NCBI GenBank assembly: GCA_963663185.1
Contig: OY760135.1
Coordinates: 530,044-594,043, forward strand
Reading direction: 5' to 3'
DNA length: 64,000 nt
From: Dehalococcoidia bacterium
GTDB taxonomy: Bacteria; Chloroflexota; Dehalococcoidia; Bin125
This document shows, in pieces, positions 31,741 through 40,767 of the stretch; the stretch's first letter is position 1; each line of letters begins with the position of its first letter. The notes under the pieces were generated by a model. It was not told the origin of the DNA. It did not search any database and was given only the letters and a program-made list of their open reading frames with translations. Both the position numbers and the translations under genes were made by a program.

Positions 31741-33147
31741 CTACGCCTCCAGCCGCAGCCTGGAGCGCAGCTCGGCGATCTGCTGGATCCACATTTGCCC
31801 ATTCGGATCAGACGGTCGCTTGAGCTGACCCGCGACCTTGTCGCGACCGTGCAGCACGGTCGTGTGGTGTCGGCCACCGAGCGCCGCGCCGATCAGTTGC
31901 TGCGACAGGTCAGTGTGCTCGCAGGCGAGGTACATCACGAGTTGCCGGGCCTGCGAAGTGCGGCGGTCCTTGCGCTTCGAGGTGAATAAATCAGGCGCGA
32001 CTCCGGTGAGTTCGGATACGGCAGCGATCAGTTCTGCCACCGTTGGCTGCGAGCGCCGCCGCTCCTCTGGCGCGCGATCTCCGAGCGCACGCAGGACGAG
32101 GTCTCTCGTGACCGGCGCACGCTCCAGCTCCGAGTACATGCGCACGCGGTTCAATGCCTCCAACAGCGACCGCACTTCCGGTCCGCCGCGCGCGGCGATC
32201 AACTGAATCTGCTCCTCGGGGACGTCCAGGCGCAGCATCCGCGCGTGCTGTGCGAGGATCGCCTCACACAACTCCACGTCTGGCGGCGTGATCTCCACCA
32301 CGAGACCGCCACCGAACCGCGTCACTAGCCGATCGGTGAGCCCGGTCAGCTGGCGCGGCGGCACGTCCGATGCAATCACGATCTGCCGCCCATGTTGATG
32401 CAGCTCGCTGAAGACGTTGAAAAACTCTTCCTGCGTCTGGACGCCGCGGTTCAGGCCCTGGATGTCGTCCACGATCAAGACGTCAAGCGATTCGTACTTC
32501 TCCTGAAAGGTCGCCCGCGTCCCCTCGGTGACGGAGGACACGAACTCGCGCAGATAACGCTGCGCCTGCACCACGGCCGTGTGGTAGCGCGGCATCAGCT
32601 CGTGCCCGATCGCGTGCAGCAGGTGCGTCTTGCCGAGCCCTGAATCGGCGTAAATGAAGAGCGGGTTGAGGTCTTCGCCCGGGTGCCGCGCGACGCGTCG
32701 CGCAGCCGCCAACGCAAACTGGTTGGACGTGCCCTCAATGAAGCGATCGAAGGTGAACTCTGCCTTCAGCACCGGCCGCATGCGGCCCTTCCGCGCCGAA
32801 GCCCCATCCTCCGCTTCGGTCTGCGGCGCTGGAATGGCCAGCCCCGGGTCGGTCCGATCCGTGCGCGCCGCCACGCGCAACTCGACTTCCATGGGGCGGC
32901 CAGCGGCCTGTTTCACGGCGGATGCCAGGATCGGAAAGTAGCTGCCGCGCAGCGTGTCCAGGTGGATCACGGTTGGCACGTTGATGTGCAGCACCCCGCC
33001 GCGAATTTCGTGCGGGGACGTGCCCGCGAACCACGTCTCGTACGCCTGAGTCTCAAGCTGGTGTCGCACGTGCTCGAGCGCTCGTTGCCAGATCGCGCGC
33101 GCATCGGGCCGTGGATTGCGCTCCGCACTCGTTGACCGGATGGCCAT
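31741..33147 (-). CDS. dnaA: Chromosomal replication initiator DnaA
   Basis: FTFDRFIEG.SN, NPLFIY..SGLGKTHLL, VDDIQ, QEEFF, RQLVMYL, GGRHHTTVLH; GGAGG RBS. Confidence 0.97.
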   Translation of the reverse strand: MAIRSTSAERNPRPDARAIWQRALEHVRHQLETQAYETWFAGTSPHEIRGGVLHINVPTVIHLDTLRGSYFPILASAVKQAAGRPMEVELRVAARTDRTDPGLAIPAPQTEAEDGASARKGRMRPVLKAEFTFDRFIEGTSNQFALAAARRVARHPGEDLNPLFIYADSGLGKTHLLHAIGHELMPRYHTAVVQAQRYLREFVSSVTEGTRATFQEKYESLDVLIVDDIQGLNRGVQTQEEFFNVFSELHQHGRQIVIASDVPPRQLTGLTDRLVTRFGGGLVVEITPPDVELCEAILAQHARMLRLDVPEEQIQLIAARGGPEVRSLLEALNRVRMYSELERAPVTRDLVLRALGDRAPEERRRSQPTVAELIAAVSELTGVAPDLFTSKRKDRRTSQARQLVMYLACEHTDLSQQLIGAALGGRHHTTVLHGRDKVAGQLKRPSDPNGQMWIQQIAELRSRLRLEA

Positions 33148-33320
33148 GGCGCCTCCGCATTCCTCACTCGAGCCACATCGGCGAAGCGATGAGGCCGCCC
33201 GCCCTTGGGCCGCAACAATTGCCGGCGGCATCGCTGCAAAGGAAGATATCAGCCTTCCCTCGCAGGAATGTTACCCGCTGGCCGCAGCGATTCGGGCTGC
33301 CGGCGACACCGAGCCGCCAC

Positions 33321-33340
33321 TTATCCAGAACCTATCCACA
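33321..33340 (+). promoter_or_regulatory. Tandem DnaA boxes upstream of dnaA
   Basis: TTATCCAGA (33321) and CTATCCACA (33332), each one mismatch from TTATCCACA. Confidence 0.65.
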
Positions 33341-33411
33341 GCCCTACACTGCAGCCAGCGATGTGTGCGCAAGGGCGCCACTCGCGCGTCACCAGAGCTT
33401 GGGGCAGCGCC

Positions 33412-34188
33412 ATGCTGATCGCGATCGATATCGGCAACACCACACTCCAAGTCGGGGTGTTCAACGACCGTAAAATCGTCCACACCTGGCGGCTCGCCAC
33501 GAATCACGATCGCCTCGCCGACGAGTACGGCATCTTTGTCGCCTCGCTGCTGCGCTACGAGGGCATCCGCACCGAGCAGATCGATGGCGCCATCATCTCC
33601 TCCGTCGTGCCGGCGCTCGCGCCGATCTTCCAGGAAGTCTGCCGCAAGTTTCTCCGCACCGAGCCGCTGCTCGTCTCACAGCACATGCGCAAACCGGTCC
33701 GCATCGGCATTGAGCACGCCGAAGAGCTCGGCGCCGACCGCATCGTCGATGCGGTCGCGGCGGTCAAGCGCTACGGTCCGCCGCCGCTGATCGTGGTCGA
33801 CTTCGGCACCGCGACCGTCTTCGACGCGATCAACGAGCACGGCGTCTACATCGGAGGCGCCATCTCTCCCGGCATCGGCATCTCCATCGATGCGCTCTTC
33901 GACCGCGCCAGCCGCCTCGCCCGCATCGATCTCGAGCGCCCCCCGACCGCGATCGGCGCCCGCACCGAGACCGCCTTGCAGAGCGGCATCCTGTTCGGCT
34001 ACGTCGGTCTCGTCGAAGGCATCATCCAGCGCTTCCGCGCCGAGCTCGGACGCGCGCGCGTCGTCGCGACCGGCGGTTGGGCGCCGCGCATCGCCCAGGA
34101 AACCGACATCCTCGATGTCGTCGACGAAGACCTCATCCTCTGGGGACTACGTGAACTCTTCTACTTCAATGCCGAAGGCACCCCGTGA
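33412..34188 (+). CDS. coaX: Type III pantothenate kinase
   Basis: IDIGNT, SSVVP, LGADR, VDFGTAT, GGAISPG. Confidence 0.95.
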   Translation: MLIAIDIGNTTLQVGVFNDRKIVHTWRLATNHDRLADEYGIFVASLLRYEGIRTEQIDGAIISSVVPALAPIFQEVCRKFLRTEPLLVSQHMRKPVRIGIEHAEELGADRIVDAVAAVKRYGPPPLIVVDFGTATVFDAINEHGVYIGGAISPGIGISIDALFDRASRLARIDLERPPTAIGARTETALQSGILFGYVGLVEGIIQRFRAELGRARVVATGGWAPRIAQETDILDVVDEDLILWGLRELFYFNAEGTP

Positions 34189-35423
34189 CCGCTGAAGCCG
34201 TCCCTACGCCGCGCCCGCTCGCCGGCCGACGCGTCACGCTCGGCGTCAGCGGCTCGATCTCCGCCTACAAGAGCGTCGAACTCGCGCGCCGACTCGAAGA
34301 CGCCGGCGCGATCGTTGACGTGGCGCTCACTCCGGCAGCGGCGCGCTTCATTCCGCCGCTCACGTTCCGCTCGCTGGTGCATGGCGAGGTCGCCGCCGAT
34401 CTCTGGGACGCGGCCGCGCCAGCCGAGCAGCATGTCGCGATGGGTCGCCGCGCCGACGCCATGATCGTGGCGCCGGCCTCGGCGACCACCATCGCCAAGC
34501 TGGCTATGGGCATCGGCGACAATCCGCTGACCCTCACGGCGCTGGCCAGCGCCGCTCCGCTCGTCGTCGCCCCGGCGATGGACGCCATCATGTTCCGCCA
34601 ACCCGCCGTGCAGGCCAACCTTGAGCGGCTCAAGGCGCGCGGTGCCTTCATCGCGGGTCCTGCCATCGGACGACTCGCTTCCGGCGGACAGGGACTCGGA
34701 CGCCTGCTTGAACCGATCGAGCTCGCCGCCGCCGTCCGCTCCGCGATCGGGCGCAGCGTTGGCGAGCTGCGCGGTCGACACATCATCGTCACCGCCGGCG
34801 GCACCCGCGAGCCGATCGATCCGGTCCGCTTCCTCAGCAACCACTCGAGCGGCAAGATGGGCGTCGCCGTCGCGCAGGCCGCCCGCGACCAGGGCGCCGC
34901 CGTCAGCCTGGTCACGACGCAACCGCCGCCCGCCGGACGCTACGGCATCGTCGTCCGCTCCGTCGCCACCGCCATCGAGATGCAGCAAGCCATCCAGAGC
35001 GCCGCGCGCGGCGCGCACGCACTGATCATGGCGGCAGCCGTCGCCGACTACCGGCCGGCCGCCGCCGCCGAGTCCAAGCTCAAGAAGCAGGACGCCGCTG
35101 AAGACCGGATGAGCCTCGAACTCGTTGAGAACCCGGACGTCGTGGCCTCAATCGACGCGCCCCACCTGCTCAAGGTCGGTTTCGCCGCTGAGACCGATGA
35201 CCTGATCGCCAACGCCCAGGCCAAGATCGCCAGGAAAGGCCTCGCCTTCATCGTCGCCAATGACGTCACCCAGCCCGACGCCGGGTTCCAGGTCGACACC
35301 AACCGCGTCGTCCTGCTCGACGCCAGCGGCAATCCCGAGCGTCTCCCGCTGCTGCACAAGTACGATGTCGCTCTTGCCATCCTCGATCGTCTGCGCCAGG
35401 ATCCGAACTGGCCGCAACGATAA
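34185..35423 (+). CDS. coaBC: Bifunctional PPC decarboxylase/synthetase
   Basis: GSISAYK, APAM, TAGGTREPIDPVRFLSNHSSGKMG, GFAAET. Confidence 0.96.
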   Translation: MTAEAVPTPRPLAGRRVTLGVSGSISAYKSVELARRLEDAGAIVDVALTPAAARFIPPLTFRSLVHGEVAADLWDAAAPAEQHVAMGRRADAMIVAPASATTIAKLAMGIGDNPLTLTALASAAPLVVAPAMDAIMFRQPAVQANLERLKARGAFIAGPAIGRLASGGQGLGRLLEPIELAAAVRSAIGRSVGELRGRHIIVTAGGTREPIDPVRFLSNHSSGKMGVAVAQAARDQGAAVSLVTTQPPPAGRYGIVVRSVATAIEMQQAIQSAARGAHALIMAAAVADYRPAAAAESKLKKQDAAEDRMSLELVENPDVVASIDAPHLLKVGFAAETDDLIANAQAKIARKGLAFIVANDVTQPDAGFQVDTNRVVLLDASGNPERLPLLHKYDVALAILDRLRQDPNWPQR

Positions 35424-35535
35424 CGCGCAGTCAACATGAGGCCAACATCAGACGCTGTTCTTCAATAAGATCGACAAAGTGGCACGTTGCAGGTATGCTA
35501 CCCAATACGATTTGTGCGAGAAACGGAGTGCGGCG

Positions 35536-36558
35536 ATGAACAATCTGGACTCAACCGGGACTGACGTTGGCGGCCTGAGAAGGACGGTCCTCGTCGTAGC
35601 GGCAGCCGCCGCGGCGCTGGTAGCCGTCGCGTTCGCCATAATCGGAGGGGGGGGGGTAGCCGTCGCCGCGACGCCTGGCGGCAACACGCCAGGCGTCTCT
35701 CTCACCTGCGAGCGTAGCCACTCGCTGGTCGGCTGCACCCTGATCACCGACCGCGACCTGGACCTGGACGAAGGCGTGCAGTTCTCGATCTCGATCGGTG
35801 GACAAACGCAAACCATCACCGCGACGAGCGAAACGAACCCTGTCTTCCGCCCCAATTCGCACTGCGGCAACAGCGATGGCGCCTGTTACGTCTTCTCCTT
35901 CACGCCAGAACAGTCAGACAGTGACTCAGGCAGCGGCGAGGATGTCCAGGTCAGCGACGTCACAGCAATCGTCTCGCCATCATCAAACCCGCCGACCGCG
36001 GTGAGCATTGCGTCCGCCGTCTCGCCGACCGATCAGTCCGGACAACAGCCGCAGGCCGATTCACCGACCGATCAGGCCCCGACCGATCAGGCACTGCAAG
36101 CCGACGCTGCGGCTGGTGGGAGCAAATGGGATACGCCTGTCGTGACTTGCACCGCGCCGTGCAACGCGCCAGACGGAGATGTGCCTCAACCCACCGGCGA
36201 TGACGTGGTCGAAGTGAGCTACGACGGCTCGCAGATCTCGATCAGCGATAGCGAAGACACGTCGACTCACGTTGCGCCCATCTACCCGACCACTCTTGAT
36301 GAGGTCGATCAGGTCAATACCTGGACGCAGGAAGTAGAAGACGAGGTAGACGAAAAACATGTCGTGATCCACAGCCCAGGCACCATCAGAGGTGACCCGG
36401 ATCATGAGGCGAACTGGGAAAACCAGCGCAAAACCGAAGAGGCGCTCCAGGCGCGCGGTCGGCCCTACACGGTCTGCTTCCCGTCGATCACCTTCACCAA
36501 TAAACACGGCGAAGAGATGACCACGTTGGCCGGCTGCGTGCTCGTCACCCCCGACTAA
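35536..36558 (+). CDS. Secreted/surface low-complexity protein with paired cysteines
   Basis: GGAG RBS, RR + hydrophobic signal ending AVA-A, S/T/D/P-rich linker. Confidence 0.7.
   Translation: MNNLDSTGTDVGGLRRTVLVVAAAAAALVAVAFAIIGGGGVAVAATPGGNTPGVSLTCERSHSLVGCTLITDRDLDLDEGVQFSISIGGQTQTITATSETNPVFRPNSHCGNSDGACYVFSFTPEQSDSDSGSGEDVQVSDVTAIVSPSSNPPTAVSIASAVSPTDQSGQQPQADSPTDQAPTDQALQADAAAGGSKWDTPVVTCTAPCNAPDGDVPQPTGDDVVEVSYDGSQISISDSEDTSTHVAPIYPTTLDEVDQVNTWTQEVEDEVDEKHVVIHSPGTIRGDPDHEANWENQRKTEEALQARGRPYTVCFPSITFTNKHGEEMTTLAGCVLVTPD
35647..35656 (+). repeat. G10 homopolymer in signal-peptide coding region
   Basis: atcgga-gggggggggg-tagcc. Confidence 0.9.
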
Positions 36559-36675
36559 CTAGCGAGCGCCGCAAGCATCAGCTCGCCTGATCAGGGCTTC
36601 GGCGCTGAGCAATCGATGGCGTTGCTCAGCAGCCGGCCCAGCAGCCGGGCCGAGACACGCGATACAGTCGAAAGC

Positions 36676-38073
36676 GTGACTCGCTCCGCTTCCCTCAAGC
36701 TCATCGCCGCGATCGCCGCCGGCAAGACCGTGCGCTCAGCCATGCGCGCGCTCGGCACCGGCGGCACCGCGCTGCCAGGTCTACTCGTTGAGCGGTTCGA
36801 TCCCCACGCGGCAGCGGCAATCGCCGCCAACCTCACAGACACTGCGCTGATCACGGGAACCAACGGCAAGACCACCTCAGCCGCGATGCTCGCTCGCATC
36901 CTGCGAGCCGACGGGCGACGCGTCGTCCACAACCGCGCCGGCTCCAACCTGTTGCGCGGCGTCACCGCCACCCTGGTTGAGGCTGCCTCGCCGCTCGGCG
37001 GACTGCCGGCCGACGCCAGCGCCGTCTTCGAAGCCGACGAGGCCGCCTTGCCGTCAATCGCTCAGGTGGCGCCGCCGAGCGTGACCGTCTTCACCAATCT
37101 CATGCGCGACCAGCTCGACCGCTACGGAGAAATCGAATCCATCGCGCGGCGCTGGATCGACACACTGCCGGCGCTGCCCGCCAACGCCTGCCTGGCGCTC
37201 AATATCGATGATCCACTCGTCGCCTCGCTGGCCCAGCATTGGTCGGGACGCTGCCTCCGCTTCGGCGTCGAAGATCCGGACATTCCCCCCGCGCCAGAGG
37301 GCGAGATCATGGATGCGGTCTGGGACCCTGAATCGCAGGCCGACTTCCGCTACCAACGCCGCTACTTTGCCCAGCTCGGACGCTGGTACACCGACGGCGG
37401 CCTCCAACGCCCCCAGCCCGATATCTGGGCGGACCAGATTCGCCTCGCGCCGGCGCCCGATCCCACCAACTTCCGACTCCACCTGCAGGACGTTGCCCTG
37501 CATGTTCGCTTACCCGCCGAGGGACTCTATAGCGTCTACAACGCCCTGGCGGCGGCGACAGCCGCCGTCGCCATGCGCGTCGATCTCTCCGCCATCCGCA
37601 ATGGCCTTGAAGCTCACGAAGCCGCGTTCGGCCGACAGGAGACGCTCGAAGTCGATGGACGCCGCGTCCGCATCCTGCTCGGCAAGAACCCGTCCGGACT
37701 GAACCAGGCGCTGCGCACCTTGCAGCAGCGCGGCCAACGCCATCACCTGCTCGTCCTGCTCAACGATGGCGTCGCCGACGGCGTTGATGTCTCCTGGATC
37801 TGGGATGTGGACTGGGAGTCGCAGGCCGACCACTGCGAGAGCCTCAGCGTTGGCGGACGCCGCGCCGCCGACATGGCGCTAAGACTGGAATACGCCGGCC
37901 TGCCCGACCCACAGTCGCCGCTCCGCAACGAGATCGGTGCGGCGCTGCGCCAGGCGCTCGATCGCGTCGCGCCCGGTCAGGAGCTCGTCATCCTGCCCAC
38001 CTACACCGCAATGCTTGAGGTGCGCCAACGACTCGGCAGCCTCGGCGCCGCGCCGCTCTGGGATGTCGCCTGA
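36676..38073 (+). CDS. murT: MurT ligase (lipid II amidation, DUF1727)
   Basis: GGTALPG, TGTNGKTT, N..GSNL..G, EADEA, NLMRDQLDRYGE, KNPSG, DGVDVSWIWDVD. Confidence 0.9.
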   Translation: MTRSASLKLIAAIAAGKTVRSAMRALGTGGTALPGLLVERFDPHAAAAIAANLTDTALITGTNGKTTSAAMLARILRADGRRVVHNRAGSNLLRGVTATLVEAASPLGGLPADASAVFEADEAALPSIAQVAPPSVTVFTNLMRDQLDRYGEIESIARRWIDTLPALPANACLALNIDDPLVASLAQHWSGRCLRFGVEDPDIPPAPEGEIMDAVWDPESQADFRYQRRYFAQLGRWYTDGGLQRPQPDIWADQIRLAPAPDPTNFRLHLQDVALHVRLPAEGLYSVYNALAAATAAVAMRVDLSAIRNGLEAHEAAFGRQETLEVDGRRVRILLGKNPSGLNQALRTLQQRGQRHHLLVLLNDGVADGVDVSWIWDVDWESQADHCESLSVGGRRAADMALRLEYAGLPDPQSPLRNEIGAALRQALDRVAPGQELVILPTYTAMLEVRQRLGSLGAAPLWDVA

Positions 38074-38864
38074 TGCCCGCTCCGCTGTCGCGACAGCTGC
38101 ATATCGCGGTGCTGTATCCGCAACTCCTCAACCTCTACGGAGACCGCGGCAACGCCCGCGCGATCGAACGCCGCTGCGCCCGGCGCGGCATCGACACCAG
38201 CACGACCCATGTCGAGATCGGCGACCGCTGGTCGCCACACGACGCCGACATCATCCTCGTCGGCGGCGGACAGGACCGCGAGCAGCGCCGCGTCGAGTCC
38301 GACCTGCAGCAACGCGCCGACGACCTGCGCAACTACGTCGCGGACGACGGCGTCACGCTCGCCGTCTGCGGCGGCTTCCAACTCTTCGGGCAGCACTATC
38401 GCGGCTACGACGGCGATGTGATGCAGGGAATCGGCGTCTTCGACGCGGTTGCGACGCACCCAGGCCCGCAGATCGCGCGGTGTGTCGGCAATGTCGTCGC
38501 GCTCTGGGAGGGCGAGACGGTCGTCGGGTTCGAGAATCACGGCGGTCGCACCTACCTCAACGAAGGCCAGCAAGCCTTTGCCGATGTCGTCAGCGGATTC
38601 GGCAACAACGGCGGCGACGGCCTCGAGGGCGCGCGCGTCCGCAACGCGTTCGGCACCTATCTGCACGGCGCCGTCCTGCCCAAGAATCCGCATCTCGCCG
38701 ACCGCCTCATCGCGCTCGCGCTGGAACGTCGCTACGGCGCCGCCTCCGCCCAACTCGAACCGATCGACGACCTCGCCGCCGTTCGAGCGCATGCCGAAGC
38801 GCTACACACCGCGCTCTCGCCGACTCAGTCGCGACCGTCGCCACTGCGACGGCATTTGGCATAA
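38073..38864 (+). CDS. gatD: GatD/CobQ-like glutamine amidotransferase
   Basis: LYP.LLNLYGDRGN, GGGQDREQ, AVCGGFQL, GFENHGG, GTYLHG..LPKNP. Confidence 0.9.
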   Translation: MPAPLSRQLHIAVLYPQLLNLYGDRGNARAIERRCARRGIDTSTTHVEIGDRWSPHDADIILVGGGQDREQRRVESDLQQRADDLRNYVADDGVTLAVCGGFQLFGQHYRGYDGDVMQGIGVFDAVATHPGPQIARCVGNVVALWEGETVVGFENHGGRTYLNEGQQAFADVVSGFGNNGGDGLEGARVRNAFGTYLHGAVLPKNPHLADRLIALALERRYGAASAQLEPIDDLAAVRAHAEALHTALSPTQSRPSPLRRHLA

Positions 38865-38911
38865 TGTAGTAACCACCCGTCCGCTATCAGATAGACATTT
38901 GAGGAACTGAC

Positions 38912-39130
38912 GTGGCTGCAAGCAATACGCTCACCCGCACATCACCAGACATCTCCTGCGAACACTGCGCCAACGCGATCGAAGGCGCGCTCGGCGCGCT
39001 TGCCGGCGTCGAGGCCGTCAGCGTTGATGTCGCGTCCAAGCGCGTGCGAGTCGATTACGACGGCGAGTCCGCGTCAGTGGCGCAGATCGACGCCGCATTG
39101 GAGGAGGAAGGCTATCCGCCGCTCCGATAG
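38912..39130 (+). CDS. Heavy-metal-associated domain (CopZ-like) chaperone
   Basis: DISCEHC, C-terminal EEEGY. Confidence 0.9.
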   Translation: MAASNTLTRTSPDISCEHCANAIEGALGALAGVEAVSVDVASKRVRVDYDGESASVAQIDAALEEEGYPPLR

Positions 39131-40223
39131 CCCGTGGGGTCAGCGACCGTCACGACGATCCAGCGTCGGCGTCCGCCGAAGTCGCTATGCCGCTCAGTCG
39201 CGCGACCGCGGCGGCTGGCTGATCGGTCCGACGTGGTTGTATGTCGCTGTCGCCGTCATCATCTTCATCTTCGCCGTGGTCGTCGCCATCGTCCAGGCCG
39301 CCAGCTCGGACGACGCGGTGACGCCGTCCGCCACCGTTCCGACGACCTCAGAGCAGGCCGCGGTCGCCCAATCCAGCCAGACCGTGAACTCCAGCGCGAG
39401 CCAGTCCCCGAGCCAGGCGCAACCCGCCGTCTCCAGCGACCCGAGTGCGGGCGTCCAGTTGCAGCAGTCGCAAGCGGCGTCGCCCGCTGATTCAGCCGCG
39501 ACCCCGTCGGACCTCGCCCAGTCGGACCAGTCGCAGTCGGACCAGTCGCAATCGGCGGAGCAGCCAACAACCGCGTCGGACGGCCAAGCGCAGCCCAACA
39601 CAGCGCCGGATGGCGACGCGAACCCCGGCGAGTCCGCCAGCAACCCGTTGCGCGGATTTATCATTCCGATCGCCGGCGCCTGCATCAGCGAATTTGAAGG
39701 CCACCTGCCTTCATCCCCGCGCGGGTACCGCAACGACGGCGTCCACGAAGGCCTCGACTTCTACCAGTGGGCCGTCTGCACCACCGTCGACTATCGCACC
39801 CCCGTCCTCGCCGCCAAGGCAGGCGTCATCATCCGCGCCGACCTCGACTACACCGACATCACCCCCACCGATTGGCAGCGCTTCACCAACGCCAACTGGG
39901 AAGGCGCTGACATCCTTGACGAGCTGCGCGGGCGGCAAGTCTGGATTGATCACGGGCGCGGAGTCGTCACCCGGTACGCGCATCTCTCCGCGATCTCAGG
40001 CGACATCGCCGTTGGCGCGGAAGTCACGCAGGGACAGCTGATCGGCTTTCCCGGCGAGTCTGGCCAACAGGAGGTCTACGCCGCGCCAGGTACCGATGTT
40101 CATCTGCACTTCGAAATCCGCATCGCTCATACATATCTCGGGCACGATCAGGCGCCCCAAGTCGCGCGACAGCTCTACTTGCAAGCCTTCGGTCTCGCCA
40201 GCGCGGTCGCCTCCAGCGAGTAA
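39000..40223 (+). CDS. M23 family metallopeptidase, membrane anchored (true start unclear, likely downstream of 39130)
   Basis: HEGLDF, VLAAKAG, TRYAHL, HLHFEIR; one TM helix and Q/S-rich linker. Confidence 0.85.
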   Translation: MPASRPSALMSRPSACESITTASPRQWRRSTPHWRRKAIRRSDSPWGQRPSRRSSVGVRRSRYAAQSRDRGGWLIGPTWLYVAVAVIIFIFAVVVAIVQAASSDDAVTPSATVPTTSEQAAVAQSSQTVNSSASQSPSQAQPAVSSDPSAGVQLQQSQAASPADSAATPSDLAQSDQSQSDQSQSAEQPTTASDGQAQPNTAPDGDANPGESASNPLRGFIIPIAGACISEFEGHLPSSPRGYRNDGVHEGLDFYQWAVCTTVDYRTPVLAAKAGVIIRADLDYTDITPTDWQRFTNANWEGADILDELRGRQVWIDHGRGVVTRYAHLSAISGDIAVGAEVTQGQLIGFPGESGQQEVYAAPGTDVHLHFEIRIAHTYLGHDQAPQVARQLYLQAFGLASAVASSE

Positions 40224-40245
40224 CCCCGCCCCGACCGTCCGCCTA

Positions 40246-40759
40246 GCGCCTGTTGACTCTATTTCGTCATGCAGTGGATGCCGGCGAGGATGATCTGATT
40301 GAGGTAGACGTGGGCGAGTTTGTGATAGTGGCTGGCGATGCCCCGAAACCGCTTGATGCGACCGAAGTAGCGTTCGATCGCGTTGCGGGCTCGGTTTGCG
40401 ATCATCTGCGGCTGACCAGATACGAGGCTGAGCCGCTCCAGCAGCCAACGTCCCCAGAGCGCATCACCCCAGTGACCCGGCGTCAAGGTCATGATCAGCG
40501 GCAGCCGGTCTTCCAGCACGAGCGCGTGCAGCTTGGTCGTCAAGCCTCCGCGCGAGCGCCCGATTGCCTGTCCTGTCCCCATCTTGAACGGGGCGCCCCT
40601 GTTGGCGGGCGCCTCCGTCCCGTCCTGATGCACCTTCACGATCGTGCTGTCGGGCAAGGCACGCCCACTGTGCGTCGGTCAATTGCATGAGTCGCCTGTA
40701 GCCCGGCCGCGAGACCGTGCCTCTACTCTGACTAATGCTCGATGAGAGTGAACAGGCCC
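40246..40759 (-). mobile_element. Internally deleted IS5-family (IS427-like) remnant with terminal inverted repeats
   Basis: TIRs GCGCCTGTTGACTCT / revcomp GGGCCTGTTCACTCT; transposase pieces LTDAQW, DSTIVKVHQ, IGRSRGGLTTKLH, RNAIERYFGRIKRFR. Confidence 0.85.
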
Positions 40760-40767
40760 CAGCCTGC

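Noticed and set aside
39000-39240. Programmed frameshift or fusion between the CopZ-like gene and the M23 peptidase
   Set aside because: The M23 start is unclear, but no slippery site is evident; a downstream TTG/CTG start or a sequencing indel is simpler.
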